A stretch of 64,000 bases of DNA, from positions 30,380,001 to 30,444,000 of the forward strand of contig OZ024747.1 in the NCBI GenBank assembly GCA_964016885.1. The letters run 5' to 3'. The notes below the pieces were generated by a model that had not been told where the DNA came from, made no database searches, and worked only from the letters and a program-made list of their open reading frames with translations. The position numbers and the translations under genes are program-made. The stretch is from Eledone cirrhosa (taxonomy: Eukaryota). Numbering within the stretch: position 1 is the stretch's first letter; every line of letters begins with the position of its first letter. Positions 25,255 to 38,457 of the stretch are shown piece after piece.

Positions 25255-26840
25255 TTGTTATACTTGGGGAGGGTCATATTTGTGTAATATTGCCAGAATT
25301 AATAACAGAACACACTCACCGTTTGGTTGGTTTTCGCTTCTTGCTGTCTTTTATATCTGCGATCTAACTTAATCGGTCCTCAATGTTGCCATTGACTGAC
25401 CGACGGTCAAAAATAATACAGATACAATATAGACACAAACACATATATATAGTTTACATAATTTACATAAATCTTTCGTTGCACATCTGCAACATCGTCA
25501 GTGGTGTTATATTTTTTCCTCCTGTTGTGTTGTATGTCTACGCCATTTTTCATTCAGTCTGTCTATATATTTATTTATTTATTTGCTTGTTTGTTTATTT
25601 TACTTTGTCTTCTTTGCGCATGCGTTTGCGTGTGTGTATAGTGTTGCGTTTGCTGTGTGACTAGTGTGTATAGTGTTGTGTCTGCTGGGTGACTTAGATA
25701 GGGCTAGACATAAGATAGGGAAGGCCACATCATGGTACGACAACCAGAGATATCAGAGTGTCATGTTTGTGGACGCCACCCCTGGAGGGAAATTAGCTAA
25801 CCAGTGTAGAAAGGCCCTGAGAAAGACCCACTTAAAAATAAAGGTGGTAGAAAAGCCAGGAACCACCATAAAACCCTGATCAGCAAAACCTACCCCTTTA
25901 AGAAAACCCACTGTACCAATAGGAAATGTATCATATGTAAGGTGAACCCCGGATAAACTGTAAAACTAGAAACGTAGTCTATAGCATAAGATGTACAGAG
26001 GGTACTTGCAGAAACATGACAACAACATACATAGGCGAAACAGCTCGTAGCATAGGTGAAAGGATAGACCAACACTGGGGGGAACTAAAAGGACGAAAAA
26101 ACGGGTCAGTACTATACGAACATGCTAGACAACAACATGACGGTAACATAGACAACATAGAAATTAGAATAATATCTAAACATAGGAATGACCCAGCAGA
26201 TAGGCAAATCAGAGAGGCCAGTGAAATAGAAATTAGAAGACCAAAGCTAAACAGAAAGAATGAGTGGAACAACAACAACACCCAAACAAACAACACTGAC
26301 CTAAGAGAAGTATAAATAAGTAAATAAAATAAAATAAAATAAAATAAGATAAATAAATACATACACAAGCACAATAACAACAAGCACATAAACACACACT
26401 AGTCACCCAGCAGACACAACACTATACACACTAGTCACACAGCAAACGCAACACTATACACACACACAAACGCATGCGCAAAGAAGACAAAGTAAAATAA
26501 ACAAACAAGCAAATAAATAAATAAATATATAGACAGACTGAATAAAAAATGGCGTAGACATACAACACAACAGGAGGAAAAAATATAACACCACTGACGA
26601 TGTTGCAGATGTGCAACGAAAGATTTATGTAAATTATGTAAACTATATATATGTGTTTGTGTCTATATTGTATCTGTATTATTTTTGACCGTCGGTCAGT
26701 CAATGGCAACATTGAGGACCGATTAAGTTAGATCGCAGATATAAAAGACAGCGAGAAGCGAAAACCAACCAAACAGTGAGTGTGTTCTGTTATTAATTCT
26801 GGCAATATTACACAAATATGACCCTCCCCAAGTATAACAA
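25255..26840 (+). mobile_element. 5'-truncated PLE with 440-bp inverted pseudo-LTRs
   Basis: 25255-25694 is the reverse complement of 26401-26840. The interior encodes GIY-YIG (VVYSIRC...YIGETARSIGERIDQH...IREASEI...PKLN). A hammerhead-like core CTGACGA-t-gttgca gatg tgcaac-GAAA lies at 26594-26621. Confidence 0.9.
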
Positions 26841-26841
26841 C

Positions 26842-26883
<42 letters not shown>

Positions 26884-28115
26884 TCTGTGGTGCAGACATG
26901 TATATATAGGTATTTAAAGAAGTTAAATATTTATACAAATTTTTCTTTTCCTGAAGTGTGTATACATTTATTTGGCAGACTCTGTATATAAATACAGCCA
27001 CAAGACCTCGTGATTACAAAGCTAAAATCTAAATCATTTGGTCAAAATTCTGACATACATATACAGGATAATTGTTTAACATCAGTGTTGGGAGACTTTA
27101 CTCACAAAAATATTAAATCCGTTTTCTATACTTAGTGATTTCTTTTCCTTCTAGCTCTGATAAAGGATATATCTAACATGATTATAAATTTTATAGTCTC
27201 AGTATGAATTGGAAATTTTCTTAGTAAACTAGTAGTGAAAGAACTCCTGATAACCATTACACCACATACAGATTGTATCAGCTACCTACTAAATCTTTCT
27301 CTTACCAGCATAGGTAGGATGGGTTTTCAATTTAGAATATTTACAGAATATTGGAATGAGTATTTGTACACTGCATTCTCCTTCCTACTGTTATTGAAAC
27401 TCATATGTGTATTGAAAGACTGGAATTAGAAAAGCTATCGATTTAGCCTCACAATACAACACAATTAACACAGTTAACTCTCCTGAAGCCATATGTTTAA
27501 TGAAGTAAACTACCTATACATTGCAATTAATTTGGAAATAATGAAAAATTTAGCTGCATTTAGTACAAATAACTAACTTTTACACTTATTTCTAACATAC
27601 TATAATAACTTCACATAAGATTGTTGCATACAAATATAGTTAAAAGTTTAAATTGAAATATGAAGACTCTAAAACAGGTATTTCTTTTTTCTTTTATCAA
27701 AGAACTAGATATGCTCTTAAGTAGATTGGTATAAAACTGGTTAGGCTCATGACATTGTTGTAGATATATCAACATTTTTAATCATTTGGAACAGTTATTG
27801 AATCAACTAATCTTAGTATACTTTAGATAATAAGACTGAAATAAAATTTTACAGGTTTTATAATTACTTATGGTGGAAGGTTTAAAGAATAGATGATAGT
27901 GTCTATATAATTTTGATGCCACAACATCAAAAACACCAAGTCCATCCCATAAGGTGATCATCATGATGACACAACAAAAAGCACCCATTCACATTGTAGA
28001 ATGGTTGTGTTGGTGACATGACAACAAGTGCCCAGTCTACACTGTAAGATAGTTGTGCTGGTGACAACAAAATGCACCTCACATCTAGCTTACTTCTCAA
28101 TCCTCACGTAATAAT

Positions 28116-28307
28116 TGTTTCTACTTTAGGCACAAGGCCAGCAAATTACCCAGTGCATTACTGGTACTTTTATTTTATCGACCCCGTAAGGATGAAAGGC
28201 AAAGTCAACCTCGGCGGGATTTGAACTCAGATCGTAAAGGGACGTAACTATGCTGGAAAGCATGGCGTCCGACCCTCTACCGATACTGCCATTCCACTGC
28301 CATTCCA
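28116..28307 (-). mobile_element. tRNA-derived SINE family A with 14-bp TSD
   Basis: TSD cctcacgtaataat at 28102-28115 and 28308-28321, plus a short 5' duplication. Confidence 0.92.
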
Positions 28308-29257
28308 CCTCACGTAATAATGCCAGGAAATATGTACAACTGCACTGTCTACACAACCCACCATACCTATTAACATGTTGCTTGAGATACACCAATGCAT
28401 TATATATGTATATATAACCACGTGAAAATTTCCCCTAGCGCTCAGTTCGGGGAAGCTATCCTACACCGAGGGAGTATCTTGACAAGCGAACTACCCCACA
28501 GCTTGGGTGCACTTTAACTGCACTTTGGCTGCACACCAGTTGATGAAACTGCACAGTCAGGACTATGAAGAAAAATTAGGTACTTTTTGTCTATTTGTTC
28601 TTCACACTTATAATTTTACATAGCTCTAATTAAATGATTATTTATTTAATTCTTTCATCGACAAAACTGGTAAAGGATGGACACCACACACATGTATGTG
28701 TTTATAGTTATGTATCTATATGTATATGTATTCTCTATAATTTGTCCTAACTTTCTGGGGAACTTTCTCACATTCAGTGGTGATTCTCAGACATTTTCCA
28801 CTATGTATATTTACATCTTCACATCTTAACAACCAGTACTGTTTGTTTATGTTAAGTAACTTTAACAGTTAAACTACCTAAACCCATGAAGGGGATGTCC
28901 CAACATGGCTACAGTCTACTGATTGGAACCAGTAAAATATTAAAAAAATAAATAAAAGAATAATTGTTTTAGTTTCAATGTTCAGTCTCCATTGAAACCA
29001 CTTGACAAACAAATCTAACTCCATAATTTAGATACTTTAGGTACTAGAAAGAAAAAGAAAAAGTTTGGCAAAGAAGCGGGAGGAATGCCAATATTTGTAG
29101 TCTAAAATTCATTGTTAAATAACTTTATAATTACTATGTCTTGATGACATTGATGAATTATTGGGGAGCTTTCATAAGAATTTTATTTAACATTTTACAA
29201 AATATGCTAATTGTAAAATTATGACATAAATAAAACTTGAGAAATTATATATGTTCA

Positions 29258-31192
29258 ATCATCATCATCATTTTACATCCGCTTTTCTTTGCTTTCCTTG
29301 CTGGCACGAGTGGGACAGGTCCTATTCAGCACAGCATCTCTCCATTTGTCACGGTTCTTTGTCATCTCCTCTGTGAGCTTCAGTGATCTGAAGTCTGCTC
29401 TCAACAACTCCGCCCATGTTTTTCATGGTCTTCCTCTACTGTGTCTTCCTTCTCCTGGGATTTCTTGGCACTTCTTTACCCAGCAGTCATCCTCCATACA
29501 CATCACATGTCCATACCAACACAGTCTTCTCTCCTGCACACCACAACTTATCCCTCTTATACCCAGTTTCTTTCTCAACTCATCTATGCTTGGTCGTTCA
29601 CGCACATTGGCATTGCACATCCAACGGAGCATATTTGCTTCATTTCTCTCCAGCCATCGCATATTTTCTGCAGTTGCTGCCCATGTCTCACTACCATGCA
29701 GCATCACGCATCTCACACAGACATCATATAACCATCCTTTCGTACGCAGGGAGAAACCCTTCTTTGTGAACAGAGGAAGCAGCTCCCTAAACTTCTTCTA
29801 ACCCGTCCTTATTCTAGATACTATGGCCTTAGAGCTCCCTCCTACCTTGCTAATCTGATTACCTAGGTATCGGAAGCTATCAACAACCTCTATAAATCCT
29901 ACCTGCATTTGAAAAATGTGTCTATCACTGCCACTTCTACTATCAACTTTCCCTGTACATCTACTGAATATGTAGTTTCCCTACCTCTTAGTTTTCCTGC
30001 TATCCCACTACATCTCTTGGGTACCCAAGATCTGCATTGCGTACATTTTATGGAATTTATGCCAGTTCCTTTCCCACATATCGAACATGGCTATTTCCCT
30101 GATGGAATCAGGGTATTGTCCTCCCTTCTACTTATCAACACTTTGATCTTCAGCATAGAGAAGTTCCCATGGACAGCCAGTCTTAAACTCCTCTGTTATG
30201 GATTGGAGGACTATAATGAACAAGAGCGGACTAAGGACTGAATCCTGATTTACTCCTACTTGTATCTGGAATTCCTCACTAAACTCCATTCCTACTCTCA
30301 CTTTACTGACAGCTCCTCTGTACATAGCTTGCACTGTTCTCACAAGCCATTCCTCTACACCTAGTTTCCTTAGGGACCACCAGATTGGGGTACCCTATCA
30401 AAGCCCTCCTCTAGGTCAACAAAAGCTAAGTATAGTGGCTTATTCTTCTCTAAGAACCTCTTCTGTAGTTGTCTCACTAAGAACAGGGCATCTGTTGTAC
30501 TTTTCCCAGGCACAAAACCAAACTGCATCTCATCTAATTTGACCCTTTCTCTAATTAGTTGCACTAGTATTCTTTCTGCCACTTTCATAACCTGATCCAT
30601 CAGTTTTATGTTCCTATAATTGCTCCTCTCCTGAGCATCCTCTTTACCTTTGTAGCAATTTATAAGAATACTGCTGGGTATGACACCATCATGTATAACT
30701 TGATTGACGATGCGTGCAACTAGTTTAGTTCCTACTTCTCCCGATGCCTTCAGCATCTCAGCAACTATCCCTGATGGTCCAGTGGCCTTACTACTTTTAA
30801 TTTCCTTTATTGCCTCTTTGACTCTATTGTCGTCAATCTCAATAGCTGGTTCCTCTGTTGGGTCTAATTGGGGTAGTTTCTCTCTCCCCCATTCATTCTC
30901 AACATTCATCAGTCTCACATAATGACATTTCCAGGCCTCCTTTTTCTGAGCATCAGTGACACTAAGTGCACCAGCATCATTTCAGACACACTTATCTCCA
31001 ACAACATCCTGATTTACACTGACACACTGCCTTGCAATGCAGAACACCGCACATCTCTGATCTTCTCATCACAGAACATTGACAAACCTCCTACACTCAG
31101 CCTCCCTGCTTGCTAAGGACATCTAAGGACACCTCTCTTTTAGTGGCTGAGTATCGGTCTCTATTCCCACCATTTCTCCAAGCCTTCCATGC
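29258..31192 (-). mobile_element. Decayed RTE LINE related to the 20-kb copy
   Basis: QFGFVPGKSTTDALF, AFVDLEEGFDRVP, GCPWELLYA, MLHGSETW and RLCWYGHV, with multiple frameshifts and a deletion. Confidence 0.9.
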
Positions 31193-31479
31193 TTATATAT
31201 ATATATATATATATATATCTTCATCGTTGTTGTCATTTTAACATCTGCTTTCCCTGCTAGCAAGGGTCAGACAGGTCTACATAGACCAAGCCAGTACTCA
31301 AGCAGTGCTGAACAGATCTCCCAAGACAGGGATCTGTGTGCCTCGCTTTATGTATGGCCGATGCTCCACCAAATGCACAGGAGAGATTGTCATGTCTTTG
31401 CCACAATTGAATGTCCCCCTGACATTTTGTTTGGCAAGATTTCGACCACCGATAACCTTCCTATCATCAACCACTTTAT

Positions 31480-31702
31480 GTCCACGCTGTAATGTGGCCG
31501 TGTAGGCAACACGGTAAAAACCTCCCAGCCTCACACTATAAATGTGGTAGGTGTTAGGAAGGGCATCCAGCTGTAGAAAACCCGCCAGACAGTTCTATGC
31601 GAGCAAGACAACCACTCTTGCCTCAAGTGGGAAAACCCCCGTCCAAACCCATGCAAGCGTGGAACACGGACGCTAAACCTTGATGATGATGATGATGATG
31701 AT
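31480..31702 (+). mobile_element. RTE 3'UTR copy with (GAT)n tail
   Basis: Near-identical to the reverse complement of 2503-2736. Confidence 0.85.
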
Positions 31703-31836
31703 ATACATCTATGAAGTGTTTCTGTAGGAAACGTAAAGGAAAAGAGAAGACAGACGTCTGTGTCATGTTCGTCTGTCTTTGTGAAACCTTTGGTAAATGA
31801 AATAATTATCTTATGTTGTTTATTACATAACTAAAT

Positions 31837-31867
<31 letters not shown>

Positions 31868-31868
<1 letters not shown>

Positions 31869-32200
31869 CATCATTTCATTTTACGTCCGCTTTTTCCCTG
31901 CTTGCAAGGGTGGGACGGGAACTGATGCTGGCTTGATTTCTACAGCTGGATGCCCTTCCTAACACCAACCTCATTTACAGTGAGTGCTGGGTGCTTTTTT
32001 GCCGTGGCACCTCCACGACCACTTTGCAGTGGAATGATATGGACCCCAGTCCCTATCATCTCATTTCTACAGCTGAGTAAACTGGAGCAATGTGAAATAA
32101 AGTGTCTTGCTCAAGGAAACAACACATCACTCGGTCTGAGAATTGAACTCACAACCTTTCGATTGCAAGGCCAATGCTTTAACCACTAAGCCATGTGCCT
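31868..32200 (-). mobile_element. tRNA-derived SINE family B
   Basis: Near-identical to 19035-19374. Confidence 0.88.
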
Positions 32201-32213
32201 GTATGTGTATATA

Positions 32214-32290
<77 letters not shown>

Positions 32291-33119
32291 AAATATATAC
32301 ATATACATGTAACTCACGCACTATTTTTGGGAAGGTGGGTGCTCCACGTTCAGTTTGTTATAGCAGAAGTCATAAGTGTTTGTAGATTGATTATATTTTA
32401 TTGACTCTGCAAAGATGAAAAGCAAGTCTAACTTTGGCAGGATTTGAACTCAGAACATAAAGGGACCTAACTTTAAGCTCGAAAGCATGTTGTCTGATGC
32501 TCTGCCAATATTGCCAATTCTTGATAATGAGAAAGTTAGGTAATTTATGAAATCAAGCTCACTTTTTGATTATTTTCAAAATTATTTGAAACACATAAGC
32601 AGTGTCTTTCATTAGAAATATGGTGATGAAGAAGACCCACTAAGTATGACATGAAGGAGTACTTGAATAATATAATATTGAATAAATAGTATGAAGCTCA
32701 AATGAATAGAGAAGCAATGAGAAATACTGGATTGGCTTGCATGCATGGTGCCATAATTCCCAAGAGAGTCATTGGGGTGCTGTATTGACATACAGCATAT
32801 CTTGGGACCTTTTTTAAAACACCTGGTGGAACTCATCTCTCTCCAGGTCTGAACACAACAGATTACTTCCAGAGAAGGATAGAGAGAGTGAGAGAATGGA
32901 AGTTAGGAAGAGATATAGAGGAAGAATCACCCCCACTACTAGTCTGGTACTTTTTTTATCGACCTTGAAAGGATAAAAGACAAAGTTAGCATTGGCGGGA
33001 TTTGAGAGCAGAGAGCTGAAATGAATATCACAAAGTATTCTATCCAACGTTCTAATGACTGCCAATTTGCCACTTACACTGGATTGGCTTATCAATAGAT
33101 TAAAGAAATTACAGGTGCA

Positions 33120-33660
33120 ACCAGGAAAAATAAAGAGTTCCATGTTAGAGATACACAGCGGAAGCAGTTGGCTAAAGATAAAGAAATATTGACTATTTGG
33201 AAGAAACATTTTGAAGCAGTATTAAACAGAATAATTCTACAGAATGAAGAAATTATTGCTACAGCTAAATTAAGTTTGGTCATTTAAAGAAAGCGCAGGG
33301 TTTACACTTGCTCAGGTCTAAAAGGCAATAAAGTAATTAAAGAACTATAAGGCATTAAGTGTAGCTGGAATTGCATCTAAGATGGTCAAAGCTGTCAGAG
33401 GACTGTTTAATTGCATCTGGAGAACAGGCAAAATTCCCACAGGATGGAAGAAAATTATTATAATTAGCATATCTAATAAGGGAGATTTGTGTGGGTGGTG
33501 TGAGCTGGTGAATTATTGATTCTGTCATCTAGTGTCATGAAGATATTCTCCAGAGTAATTTTAAGCAGAATGGAACCTAGTGTTGACAAGATTCTTGGGG
33601 AGGAGCAAATCATTTTTATAAGCAGATGAAGGGGTGCTGACCAAATATTTACAATAAGGT
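33120..33660 (+). pseudogene. Highly decayed RTE-like RT fragment
   Basis: Remnants KEILTIWKKHFEAVLN, IWRTGKIPTGWKK, NKGDL and DQIF. Confidence 0.55.
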
Positions 33661-34704
33661 ATATTCTATTGAACCCAGTGTTAAAAAGATTCTGAGGGAA
33701 GAGTAAGTATGTTTTATGAGGTTGTGGTGGCCAAATATTTGTGTGTGGAAGTATCTATGATGCAATAGGGGAGGGGAGAATGATCTTTCTGTCAGGAATT
33801 GAGAGGGAGAGAGAGTTTGAGTTGTAAGATATTTTTTTATACAGTAATGATAAGTTTGTGAAGATTAAACTAAATTTGCCAAAATTATTTGAAAATTAAA
33901 TTCTTGACTATTACTCAGGATTACAGAGTTCCTGCTGAGTTCGAATTTATTATAAAGAAATTTGTGAATACAAAACAGAATAGATTTGATAATAACTGAC
34001 TGATGTATGGAATGCAATATTCAAAACTAGTCTCTCTTGCAATGTTGACTCATTTTAGTCAGAGTGAGTTATAGACAGTCTTAGATGATTCTCCTGGATT
34101 GTTCAATTCCCAATGGAGAAATAGTCATATAAAATAAAGTAGAATTAATATGTTTCAAAAATCAGCTTCTTTTAAAATCCTTACCATTTGACATGTACCT
34201 TGGCAATGTCCAAATTTATGAATATAGCTGTATCTACTGGGGGCTAGTTTGGTTATTAATTGGATGTATTAGACTTGAACTCATTTGGGATTAAACACAA
34301 TGGTTAAGCAGATGATGAGATAAATGCCAGCACTAAGTGTTTGAAATAATGGTATGAAGATTTCTATTCACTGTTAACTGAATTAGCTAAACTTGGAACT
34401 TCAATACTGTTGGCATACACATCGTATTTTAATTACACTAAAAGTAGTTCAAAAAGTTTTAATAATAAATACTAAAGCTATATCTATGAGTATTCATTAT
34501 CACTTTCAGAAGATTATTTCTGTTGCAGCTTATATTATTTTAGATGTCTTTGAAAAAGCTTGTAATTTTTGCAGCAAAATTTTGTAAGTAATAAGCCTAA
34601 TCTTCAACTAGTTTAGTCAACAAAATAAAATTGTTGCTTAGCTCCAGTTCAAGTCTAATGAAAAAAAAAATCGATCACTGTGATATCCCATCGTTTTGAA
34701 GGTT

Positions 34705-34830
34705 TGTTGAACTAAGTTTATAGGCTGACCAAGATACTCTCAGGGAATGACCAAATGCAGTTTATTTTTCTACATATTCCCTGGAAAAAAACAATGCAGT
34801 TATTAGTCAGCCTATGAACTTTTCAACTAA
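34705..34830. mobile_element. Small mariner-like MITE remnant
   Basis: Inverted ends gttgaactaagttttataggctgac and gtcagcctatgaacttttcaac. Confidence 0.45.
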
Positions 34831-36384
34831 TCCCTGTACATTAAGTAATGATATTAGTTTCTTATCTTAAAGATGGCATAGGTGTGTGAATTGAGGGAGA
34901 TTTAGCAGTTATTTCTAACAGGACAAGCAACCATTGTGACCATCTCATCCTTTTAGTTAGTTACATACAATCGACTTACTAAGTGGGGTGGAGCTCATCA
35001 AATTGGACCAAGGAAACAATATTTTCAATGGTCTGTCCATTCCTGATACTATCTACCTGTCGTAACTTCTGGCAGAAAAAGCAATCTGAAATAAAGTGTC
35101 TTGCTCAACACATTGCCTGGTCTGGGAAACAAACCCATAACCTCATGATTATGAATCCAATTTTCTACCCACTAAACCTGCATCTTCATTTTAGGGATGT
35201 GTTGAACTACATTATGTAATGCATCTGTTGCTTTTAAGATGACAGTATGTGATGTGATTGGAGGTGAGATATGGCTGGTTGCTATTTCTAGCAGGACAAA
35301 AAATCAAGCAGAATGTCCTTATTTAGCTCGTAATAAATAAAGTAGTTTTGTCACATGAAGCTAGATGAGAAATTAAGGTATAATTAATACTTCTAATTAC
35401 TGGTTTTCTGAAATATTATGGACAATATTTCTTCAACTCATCAATATTAGAGGAGATGTGATAAGAGTTAATTAAATTCAACAAAATATAGATTGCAGAG
35501 CTATAATATCATTCATATTTCTAATCTAAAATAAAAAGAAGTAAAAGAAAAAAAGAAAAAAATACAAAAGAGAAAAAGGAGAGAAGGAAGAGGTGATGGT
35601 GGAGAAATTAACAAATCCATAAAATGAATAGCAATACATTTCCTTCACTTGAGTTGATAAATTGTGTTATATGATGTCAGAAACTGCAATTAAATATATT
35701 CAAAAATATCTCTAGTTCTAGAATTATCCAGCTGTTTCGGTTACAATCCTAATGTGAAAATAGTAGAAATGTAAGTTAATTAGAGAACTTCTATGCAATC
35801 ATTCAACTTGCTACAAATAATAGCAAAATTCCCTTAAATACTTACTTACTTAGACCTAGATGCTCCCGCATCTTGAGACACTTGGGGAAAACCAAGGAGC
35901 TCTAATGAATACGATCAGTTGCATCTATCAATACATTATTCCAACTTTTGTATACTATAATTTTATTAAAGGGTTGCAATTATTTTAATAAAGAATTGCT
36001 ATTCAATGAAGAAGCTTCTTTTAGGTGATCACAGAATCAATTAGAAATGACAGCTAAACTCCTTCATATAAAACCTTACAATTTTAATAAAAGGAAACAC
36101 ATTAAAGCCAACTCAGTATCTTCTACATGATTACTCAATCAATTTGTTGACTTCCCTCAAACCATACCACAATGTCTGACACCAAAAAGGGGGTGCATTG
36201 AACAAGGCAGTCGTGGATATATAAAAATACAGGATAGTCATGGTTAGAACAAACATAATCGTAGGTCTGTTCAATCATAGCATATCTGGCGGCTAAACAA
36301 CACAGAAGTAGGTGTGATTGATATGGTTGCTCCTTGTCAAATAAAGATATCATTTACAGCTAAAACATTATCAGCATCACCATT

Positions 36385-36680
36385 ATTGTCATCTTACATC
36401 TGCTTTTCCATACTTGCATAGGTTGGATGGGTCTTTTTCAGCACAGCATCCCTGCACTCATTTCAGTTCATTGTCACCTCCTCTGTTAGCTTCAGTGGTT
36501 TGAAAGCAGCTCTCATAACCTCTACCTGGGTATTCATTGGTCCCCCTCTACTACAGCGTCCTTCTGCTGGGATTTCTTGGTACTTCTTCAACTAATGATT
36601 ATCATCCATATGCATTACAAGTCCATACCAGTGCAGTCTTCTACACTACATCTGATTCCTCTAATACCCAACAAGTCATT
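36385..36680 (-). mobile_element. Old RTE 3' fragment
   Basis: Diverged match to 29270-29570. Confidence 0.65.
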
Positions 36681-37489
36681 ATCATCATCAAGGTGGAGGA
36701 TTGGCTACATCATAAGTGCATTTCCTAAAATGTTTTGCAACATTTGCACTGGCATTCTGAAAATTGCTGAAGTTAACTTTTTTTTCCATCATCATCACCA
36801 TCATCACCATCACCATCATCGTCATCATCACCTGGGCATGCTTTTTGTCCGGTTCACCATGACTCATTCTCTCCAGTCTGTTCAGTCTGCTATTGCTCCG
36901 GGTAGGTATTTTGGGGTGCACTAAAGAGCCTCTCACAGTTGCTTTATGTAGGTTTGATGTGGTCTACCAACATTTGCCTACCCATGCTTCAGTAACATTG
37001 GTGAAGATCTCATCTGTTGCTCTTCAGCAATGTCGAGTGAATCTTTGTTCTTCTTTCTGTGATGATGTGTGATACTAGTGGTAAATTACCATGGAGAAAT
37101 TCTTTCATAGAGTTTTGCCTCCAGATGTCCGGAGCAGCTTGAAGCATTCTTTATAAATTCCATCAATTTTCTTTTCAAGATGCTTTGCTAGAGACCTGCT
37201 GGTCATCCTTTCAAGGTTAATAAAATAAAGTAGCAATCAAATAATGGAGTTGATTTAACCAACTTTCCCTTAACCATATACTACTGGGTTTATGCCAAAA
37301 CTAAATTTAGGAACAACTATCATCATCATCGTTGCATGCCTGTTTTTCATGCTGGGTTAGAAAGTTTGTTACAATTCCAATCAGTTTTAAATCAGAGTTG
37401 GTACCTTTCTAGGTAATTCGAGGGACCATGTCTCCCTAATCATTCCATTTTAGCATTGTTTCACTGCTGGAATATCTTTCCTAATGCCT

Positions 37490-37677
37490 AATTGTGTTCT
37501 CATCAGATAAAATAAGGTAACATGATATGAGGCATAATAGCACTTGTTTACAGGAAAGTGCTAAGACTACATATGATACTTATATTTCTGTCATATGTAG
37601 TCTTAGCACTTTCCTGTAAACAAGTGCTATTATGCCTCATATCATGATACCTTATTTTATCTGATGAGAACACAATT
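37490..37677. repeat. Fold-back element (87-bp arms, 14-nt loop)
   Basis: 37490-37576 is the reverse complement of 37591-37677, with one visible mismatch. Confidence 0.93.
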
Positions 37678-37722
37678 TTTGTCCCAGGATGATTTTGTAT
37701 TCAAAATGCGCATAATAAAATA
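37653..37722 (+). ncRNA. Putative minimal type I hammerhead ribozyme, probably inactivated (GAAA to AAAA)
   Basis: TATTTTAT-CTGATGA-[gaacacaa..ttgtattc]-aAAA-TGCGCA-TA-ATAAAATA, with a perfect 8-bp stem I and a palindromic hexamer. Confidence 0.65.
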
Positions 37723-37784
37723 TATGGAACTCTTTTAACCATCTTTTAATTTCTTCTTTATTATATATATTTATATATATATAT

Positions 37785-38220
37785 CTATCTAGGGCGGGTA
37801 AAATTCCCGAGATCCATGGACGAGTTCTCTCCAGTGGTCTCTGTCTCTCATTATCGCTGCCATGTCCTGCGTCTCCAACAGACCAGTGTCTGTCCTTAGG
37901 GCATATGTCAACCTTGGTCTCCCTCTTCTAGTGTGTCCATGCAGGGACTCCCACAGAAGCACTGAGTGCAGTGTCAACTCTGGATGTCGGTGAGCATGTC
38001 CGGCTAACCTCAGTCTCATTTGGGTCATTTTTGAGCTGACTTTTGGGAGGCTCCCATACAGCTCTGAGTTTTTCATCCTCAGTGTATACTGATTAATGTT
38101 CAGAGCCATCCTCAGCATTCTCGTGTAGCACCCATCTACCATCTGAGTGAGTTTCTTGGTCAGTGTCCAAGTCTCAGATCCGTACAGCAGCACAGACTCC
38201 ACTACAGCAATGGATAGATT
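37785..38220 (-). mobile_element. RTE-type LINE 3' fragment
   Basis: SVLLYGSETWTLT..RMLRMALNI..RLRLAGH..RGRPRLTY..W. Confidence 0.85.
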
Positions 38221-38457
38221 GCCTTCTAGAACTCTGAAAACATTGTGCAATTTTTTGTCTTTACATTTCTATTTAATTGAAAATGTGTAGAATGTAATAT
38301 ATTTAAAATCCACTTTACTAGACAAACTGTTTGTAAAAATAAGTTTTCCGCTATTCTAGTACATCTCTAAATATTTAGTTATTTATTTGCAGGGATATTT
38401 TCAGAAATGAATCATTTAAGTGATTAAGTTATAATAGCTCAACTAAAATTAAAACAA

